Shown here: piece by piece, positions 58,850 through 64,000 of the stretch
Layout of the letters: the number at the start of each line of letters is the position of its first letter
Numbering within the stretch: position 1 is the stretch's first letter
Source: an uncultured Chloroflexia bacterium
GTDB lineage: Bacteria > Chloroflexota > Chloroflexia > QHBQ01 > JADMIH01
Reading direction: 5' to 3'
NCBI GenBank assembly: GCA_963797095.1
Contig: CAWCNY010000005.1
Location: 448,001-512,000 of the forward strand
DNA length: 64,000 nucleotides
Translations under genes and position numbers: made by a program
The notes under the pieces: model-generated
Database searches by the model: none
What the model saw: only the letters and a program-made list of their open reading frames with translations
Told to the model about the DNA's origin: nothing

Positions 58850-60256
58850 TTATCCCAGCGCCGTCAACCTGGCCATCTCCGGAGTGGCACTGTAGCAATC
58901 TTCCCCTTTCACAAACCTTTGCACCCCAACCCAAATATCTCGCGTCCACTCGGCCACGATCACCGGTTTCCCCAGTTCCTGCTGGAATGTCTCCACCGTC
59001 CACTCATCGAGCGTCCGCACCCCGCTGAAATCGAACATCCTGCGCGGCAAAAACACCATATCCACAGCGCCATCGCCCGCCACATGAGCCTGCAAATTCT
59101 CGGTGGTCTCCTTGCCAAACAACAGCCCGGAGCACCCCACGTTCCCCGCGAGTGTATTGTTCTTCACAACCACCGGCCTTATATCAAGCCCCGCCACCGC
59201 GCGCAAAGGCTCCAGTGCCCGCTCCAGGGTCTCGGCGGGCATCTCGCCGCAAACTACCGCAATCCGCACCGGGCGCTCTACCCTCTCAGGCAGCTTGCGT
59301 GCCGTTTTCCGCGACTCGTCCAACAACTGCCGCACCAGCCCCACACCGTTCTCGTATTGCGGGAACCGCTCGTACTGCCGCACCTGAGGTACTTCCTTCC
59401 CCGCCATCAAATACCATTCGTCCGACAAGAACGCGAACCGCGTTCCGATCTCCCGATGTAGTCGCTTCTGCCACTTCTCCACCTGCTCTACCACGATCCC
59501 CGACTCTTCCCGCCTGAAAGGTCGCAAGTCGAGCTTGATCTGGTAGTGGCTGTTCCGCCGGAACTTCGTAAGCCCTACCGGCACCACGCCCACCGTTTGT
59601 ACATAAGGATAAAGCGCCGATAAGTCCGAGATCGACCGATCAAGGTGCTCCCCATCATTGATGCCGGGACAGATCACAAGCTGAGTATGCGTCTGTATTC
59701 CCATCTCACCCAGCCGCCGCAATTGCGCCACTATATCAGGTATGCGTGGGTTCCCAAGCAATCTGCTCCGCAACTCCCACTCCGTCGCATGCACCGACAC
59801 GTACAGAGGCGTCAGCCTCTCCTCGGCGATCCGCTCCCAATCACTTTCCTTCAGATTGGTCAGCGTAATGAATCCACCATAGAGGAATGAGTACCTGTAA
59901 TCGTCATCTTTTATGTCAAGTGACCGCCTCAACCCCGGAGCATTCTGGTCCACAAAGCAGAACGGGCAGTGGTTGTTGCACCGCCTGATCCCATCGAAAG
60001 TAGGGTCGACAAACTCCAGCCCCAAATCTTCCTGCTCAGGCTTACTGACCGTAAATACCAGCGGCGCGACCAATCCCTCGCGCGCCACCTCCACCCTCAA
60101 CTCCTCACTAACCTGATAGAACTGGTATCCAACCACATCTTTCACAGGCGTCCCATTGATCGAAAGCAACCGGTCGCCCTGAGAGATCCCCAATTGGTCC
60201 GCCAGGCTACCCGGTACAACCTTATCTATTGTTCCATGCGACTTATACTGTGCCAT
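58850..60256 (-). CDS. PDZ + radical SAM DUF512 Fe-S protein
   Basis: N-terminal PDZ (PGSLAD.LGI..GD.LLSING), CNNHCPFC, KDDDYRYSFL, PQYENGVG. Confidence 0.9.
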   Translation of the reverse strand: MAQYKSHGTIDKVVPGSLADQLGISQGDRLLSINGTPVKDVVGYQFYQVSEELRVEVAREGLVAPLVFTVSKPEQEDLGLEFVDPTFDGIRRCNNHCPFCFVDQNAPGLRRSLDIKDDDYRYSFLYGGFITLTNLKESDWERIAEERLTPLYVSVHATEWELRSRLLGNPRIPDIVAQLRRLGEMGIQTHTQLVICPGINDGEHLDRSISDLSALYPYVQTVGVVPVGLTKFRRNSHYQIKLDLRPFRREESGIVVEQVEKWQKRLHREIGTRFAFLSDEWYLMAGKEVPQVRQYERFPQYENGVGLVRQLLDESRKTARKLPERVERPVRIAVVCGEMPAETLERALEPLRAVAGLDIRPVVVKNNTLAGNVGCSGLLFGKETTENLQAHVAGDGAVDMVFLPRRMFDFSGVRTLDEWTVETFQQELGKPVIVAEWTRDIWVGVQRFVKGEDCYSATPEMARLTALG

Positions 60257-60309
60257 TTCTCTCCCAACCCAACATCAGACCAAAGACCACTCAGAAAACC
60301 CAATTAGCC

Positions 60310-60477
60310 ACTCGCTACTCGCTACTCGCTACTCGCTACTCGCTACTCGCTACTCGCTACTCGCTACTCGCTACTCGCTACTCGCTACTCGCTACTCGCT
60401 ACTCGCTACTCGCTACTCGCTACTCGCTACTCGCTACTCGCTACTCGCTACTCGCTACTCGTCACTCGTCACTCGTC
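60310..60477 (+). repeat. Heptamer tandem array (ACTCGCT)21(ACTCGTC)3
   Basis: Direct count; followed by degenerate CGACTAC and TAGGAAC heptamers to about 60540. Confidence 0.95.
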
Positions 60478-60546
60478 CGCCGACTACCGACTACCAACTA
60501 TCAGTAACTAGGAACCTGAAACTAGGAACTAGGAACTCTAGCCCAG

Positions 60547-61254
60547 CTAATCCTGCAACCGCGCTCCCACCACAGGCAGCTTCTTAGCGACCCGCGCCCA
60601 GCTTGTGCCGAGGTGCACCAGCTTGCTACTCAGCCTGCCGTTGATCCGCCCCTGCCTCAACGAAGCAAGGAACCCTTGCGGCCCATCGAAATCGGGCATC
60701 TCCACGAACGCCCGCCCCACTTCCCTCAAGGTATGTGCATCCGATCCCGCCGACATCGCCAGCCCATGCTCTCGTGCATACTTCAGCGCTTGCTCGTTAT
60801 CCTCCGGCTTCAGCGCCCGTGCGTTCAGCACCTCCAGGATGTCCACCATCCCCGCGTCCACCAGCCGGTACAGCGCCTCATTCTTCAGCTTGCTCGCGGC
60901 CCTCAGCGTATCGAATGGGTGGGGCACACACACAAGCCCTCCCTGCCCCTTGATCCGCCGCACCGTCTCCTCAGGACTAAGTCCTTTCGGCACCACCTCT
61001 GTAAGGAAGTACCCGATGATCTCGCCCTCGTTGGTCTTTACCTCTTCCGAAGCGATCACCTTGATAGGCAAATCACCCATGCGCGACAGCGCCAGCGAGT
61101 TCGCCAGCCCGTTATGGTCGGTCACACACAGCGCGCCCAGGCCACGTTCAGCCGCAGTCTCCACCAGCTTGCGCGGGTCGTTCAGCGAGTCCTTGCTCAG
61201 CCGCGTGTGGCTGTGCATATCCACTCTCATCAACCTATCACCGTTCATGCTCAT
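60547..61254 (-). CDS. PHP-domain metal-dependent phosphoesterase
   Basis: DMHSHT..S.D, VTDHN, EEV, PHP, EV.N, GSDAH. Confidence 0.9.
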   Translation of the reverse strand: MSMNGDRLMRVDMHSHTRLSKDSLNDPRKLVETAAERGLGALCVTDHNGLANSLALSRMGDLPIKVIASEEVKTNEGEIIGYFLTEVVPKGLSPEETVRRIKGQGGLVCVPHPFDTLRAASKLKNEALYRLVDAGMVDILEVLNARALKPEDNEQALKYAREHGLAMSAGSDAHTLREVGRAFVEMPDFDGPQGFLASLRQGRINGRLSSKLVHLGTSWARVAKKLPVVGARLQD

Positions 61255-61377
61255 CTTTTTACCGCTGATTTCAGCACATCAGCCTACAATTATACCACAC
61301 TCGACAAAGGGCTCCAGATTTCGACTGGAGCCCTTCGAGACCAGGCAATTCTTGGTCTTTCGCCTATTGTGCTATTC

Positions 61378-62504
61378 CTATTTCTTCAACGAACTCAAAA
61401 ACGGCTTGTCCTGAATATCCTCGAGGTATCGGAGGCGTCTTTTCAAACGTGGATTTCACAACCTGTGTCGATCTTGTCTCACTACTCTTGACGGTGCTGT
61501 ACAATACCTCCAGGGCATGGTAAGCCATCTCTTTGCTTGCGCGCTTTTTTTCTGCCCATTCTCATAGACCACGCCATTTCAGCCACACCAAGCCCCCGGC
61601 ACTCATTAGTGAAAGCATGACTTTGCTGCATAGTAAAGGGTTCATTATTCCCTTTCAAAATAACCCGAACATCTCCCCCGAAACTATTCGGATCGGCCAT
61701 ATACGGCACTCCCAGGGTTCCGAACAATACCATGCTGGGCTTTTCCGGCAAAATAACGACTGAATTCGAATCGAATAACAAATTCCCTACCGTTCCGCAG
61801 TCGAATTGGATGGTAGCGGCCATGAGATTTTCTCATTCGACCTGAAAAGGCTCACCGAAATGTTCAGGTGAATAATCGGGTCTTTCCGGTTTCCTGGTTC
61901 GAACAACCCCGGCTACTTCTCTTACAGGTCTTAATATGCTCAGCAACGCGGTGATTTAGTAGATGCCCACGTCAAATCCAATGCCTCCGCCCAGCTTGGT
62001 CGTGAAAGGAAAGGCCCGATTAAGGATATCGCTGTCTCTTGAGAGTGCGCAGAAACACGAAGTAATATCGCCAATCATCCCGCTTTCAACCACGTACCTG
62101 GCGGTTTCGATTGTCGAGCCTAAAAAGGTGTCTGGCGCCGCCCCAAGATACAGGTTCCTTCGATCAGCAGTTTCCACCAGGTCAGCCGCGTGTTCCAACT
62201 CAATCGACAAAACCTTCTCTGTGTAGACATTCTTGCCTCCTTCGAGAAGTTGTTTGATCACAGGATAATGCGCCATGGGCGTCGTGAGATTGTCGTCAAT
62301 CTCAATCGAATCATCAGCTAAAATCTCATCCATGGTCAGAACCTTGATCCCCTATTTTTGCGCCATCGTATCGGCTTTTTCCAGATTGAGATCACAGCAA
62401 CCTACCACATCGAGAATTTTAAACCTGTTAATCATTGTGTTCAGATAGGCATCGCTTATCACGCCGCATCCAACAATCGCTGTCTTTACTGGTCGAATCT
62501 TCAT
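61378..62504 (-). pseudogene. Gfo/Idh/MocA oxidoreductase pseudogene
   Basis: MKIRPVKTAIVGCGVIS...QK*GIK...NVYTEK...APDTFLG...FDVGIY*...VE*ENLM...RGLGVAEMAW; several in-frame stops and a frameshift near the 3' end. Confidence 0.85.
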
Positions 62505-62569
62505 CGTCTTGATTCCTTATTGTGCATCTGTGTAGAGTATCAGTTGATTCGTCTTAAACGTTCCCAGGC

Positions 62570-63475
62570 TCATTGTTTGAGTCGATAGGAAACAAATGCA
62601 ATGGTGCGATTATCCGGAGACCAGGAGTTGACATTCATCGTTCCCTGCCCGCCAAATAACTTCACAATGAGTTTCGATTCTCCCCCCTCGGCCGGGACGA
62701 GACGCAACTCGACATGCTTGTTGGCCGGGTGATCGCCCGCAGGCACATCGTCCTTGCTGTAGGCGATATAAACAACCCACTTGCCGTTGGGTGAAACGTG
62801 CGGGAACCAGCAGTTGGCATCCTCTTTTACCACATGAACCGGGTTGGAGCCATCGACTTCCATGCGCCACACTTGCATCAAGCCGGTTCGGGTAGAGTTG
62901 AACCAGATATGGGTGCCATCAGGAGAATATTCGGGTCCATCATCTAGTCCAGGCATATCGGTGAGTTGAGTCTCCGGACCGCCGTTGACGGAGACGGAGT
63001 AAATATCGTACTGGCCGCCGCGCTCGGCACAATAGGCCAGGCGCTTGCCGTCCGGCGACCAGCCATGCAAATAGCTAGGACCTTTTTCGGTCACTAATAC
63101 CGGGCTACCGCCATATATCGGTAGGATATAGATCCTTGAGGTTGCGTCCTCGTTCGTAAAATGGCTAACGGCAATCTGAGAGTTATCCGGAGAGAGAACA
63201 TGGTCGTTATTGCAATCAATGGCAAGGCCCGCGTCAATTTCCCTGGTTTCACCGGTTGCCAGCTCATAAGTGTACATATGTCCCCGGCTGTTATAAACCA
63301 GATATCGGCCATCCTTCGTCCAGTTGGGCGCTTCAATAACGTAGTCAAACTCCCTGAGGACAGATCTGATCCTTGTGCGTACATCGACCGTTTCCAAAAT
63401 ACTGATCGAATCACGTCCTGCGATATAATGTCTCAATGTGTTGATGTCCATTCGCTTTTGTCTCCAGTCTCTCAT
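62570..63475 (-). CDS. TolB-like WD40/PD40 beta-propeller protein
   Basis: EAPNW, NNDHVLSPD, PSYLHGWSPDG, DDGPEYSPDG, WFPHVSP, GGQGTMNVNSWSPD; start uncertain. Confidence 0.85.
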   Translation of the reverse strand: MRDWRQKRMDINTLRHYIAGRDSISILETVDVRTRIRSVLREFDYVIEAPNWTKDGRYLVYNSRGHMYTYELATGETREIDAGLAIDCNNDHVLSPDNSQIAVSHFTNEDATSRIYILPIYGGSPVLVTEKGPSYLHGWSPDGKRLAYCAERGGQYDIYSVSVNGGPETQLTDMPGLDDGPEYSPDGTHIWFNSTRTGLMQVWRMEVDGSNPVHVVKEDANCWFPHVSPNGKWVVYIAYSKDDVPAGDHPANKHVELRLVPAEGGESKLIVKLFGGQGTMNVNSWSPDNRTIAFVSYRLKQ

Positions 63476-63508
63476 CGTAGCTCGTCCAGAGTGGTAGGTC
63501 TGGCCGGG

Positions 63509-63647
63509 CGCGCCCAGCTTGTGCCGAGGTGTACCGGCTTGCTGCGCAGCCGCGTGTGGCTATTGCATATCCACTCTTATCAACCTGTTACCGTTCATGC
63601 GCATCTTTTTGCCACTGATTTCAGCACATCAGCCTACATTTATACCA
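63509..63647 (-). pseudogene. Internally deleted duplicate of the PHP gene and its promoter
   Basis: 63509-63543 resembles 60593-60627; 63547-63647 resembles 61198-61297. Confidence 0.85.
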
Positions 63648-63706
63648 GATACGAAGAAAACAGCCCCGATTACACAACAGGGTAAACGTTCAGAGAAAAT
63701 ACCGGA

Positions 63707-63956
63707 GTAGGGGCACCCCTGGTGGGTGCCCTGGTGGGGAGAGATCGGGATAAGCGTACAGGGCACCCATCAGGGGCAATGTTGTCGCACAAAAACCCCC
63801 AAGATGGTCTGAGTACGAGCGCTCCCCGTTGGCGACATACTCACATGCCGCCCTCGCGAATAGTCCCGTAGGGACGGCATAGGGTAGCCCAGGGCTTACG
63901 CCCCTGTGGTAAGCCCTGTGGTAAGCCCAGGATAATGCCATAGCCCCGTAGGGGCG
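63707..63956. repeat. REP-like palindromes (GTAG-type)
   Basis: GTAG-GGGCACCC-ctggt-GGGTGCCC...GGGCACCC; AGTCCCGTAGGGACG (63862) and AGCCCCGTAGGGGCG (63942) bracketing AGCCCAGGGCT. Confidence 0.6.
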
Positions 63957-64000
63957 TAAGAACAAGATCTCTACAGTCCTGTATGATGCAATGCTAGTGC

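Noticed and set aside
60310-60477. TRAP-like (G/U)AG repeat binding site on the transcribed strand
   Set aside because: Triplet spacing is 0-1 nt rather than 2-3 nt, and the flanking genes have no tryptophan link.
60229-60507. ORF with (LATRYSL)n repeats; possible CRISPR-like array
   Set aside because: This is a translation of the heptamer array. There are no spacers, no cas genes and no RBS, and it overlaps the DUF512 start in antisense.
27758-61254. Split PolX made of the HhH protein plus the PHP protein
   Set aside because: The genes are 32 kb apart, no polymerase palm domain is present, and the PHP looks like the common stand-alone family.
19950-62504. Genome-wide amber (TAG) recoding suggested by several in-frame TAGs
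   Set aside because: TAG terminates many intact genes here (recG, both DegV, the epimerase), and the oxidoreductase pseudogene also has TAA, TGA and a frameshift, so ordinary decay explains it.

Overview
64-kb chromosomal window, probably from a Chloroflexota bacterium. This assignment is inferred from the ETGH/FGYP-type repeat protein, the Cys-rich SLH-like anchors, an ISNCY-type transposase and a GAAC-N4-GTTC LexA box. Order of content: (1) a housekeeping block, rpmB-Asp23-fakA-degV-degV-recG-rsmD-coaD, interrupted by small and often decayed cargo genes (NYN, DUF433/DUF5615, Uma2); (2) a ~14-kb Arn-like lipid-linked aminosugar glycosylation cluster with two GT-C membrane glycosyltransferases; (3) a stand-alone PolX N-terminal (HhH) protein with a LexA box; (4) tRNA-Leu(CAG) and a decayed IS; (5) four secreted proteins sharing Thr/Pro linkers and a Cys-decorated SLH-like anchor, including a 4156-aa giant built of Cys-bracketed Kelch and NIDO-like modules; (6) a TetR-ABC exporter, a ferritin-like protein, a DUF512 radical SAM protein and a PHP phosphoesterase; (7) a small foreign insert bounded by a partial PHP duplication, then REP-like palindromes. 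Degenerate 7-bp tandem or inverted repeats recur at gene junctions, peaking in a 24-unit heptamer array. No CRISPR array, reverse transcriptase, integrase or rRNA was seen. Domain calls come from motif recognition by eye, not from database searches.
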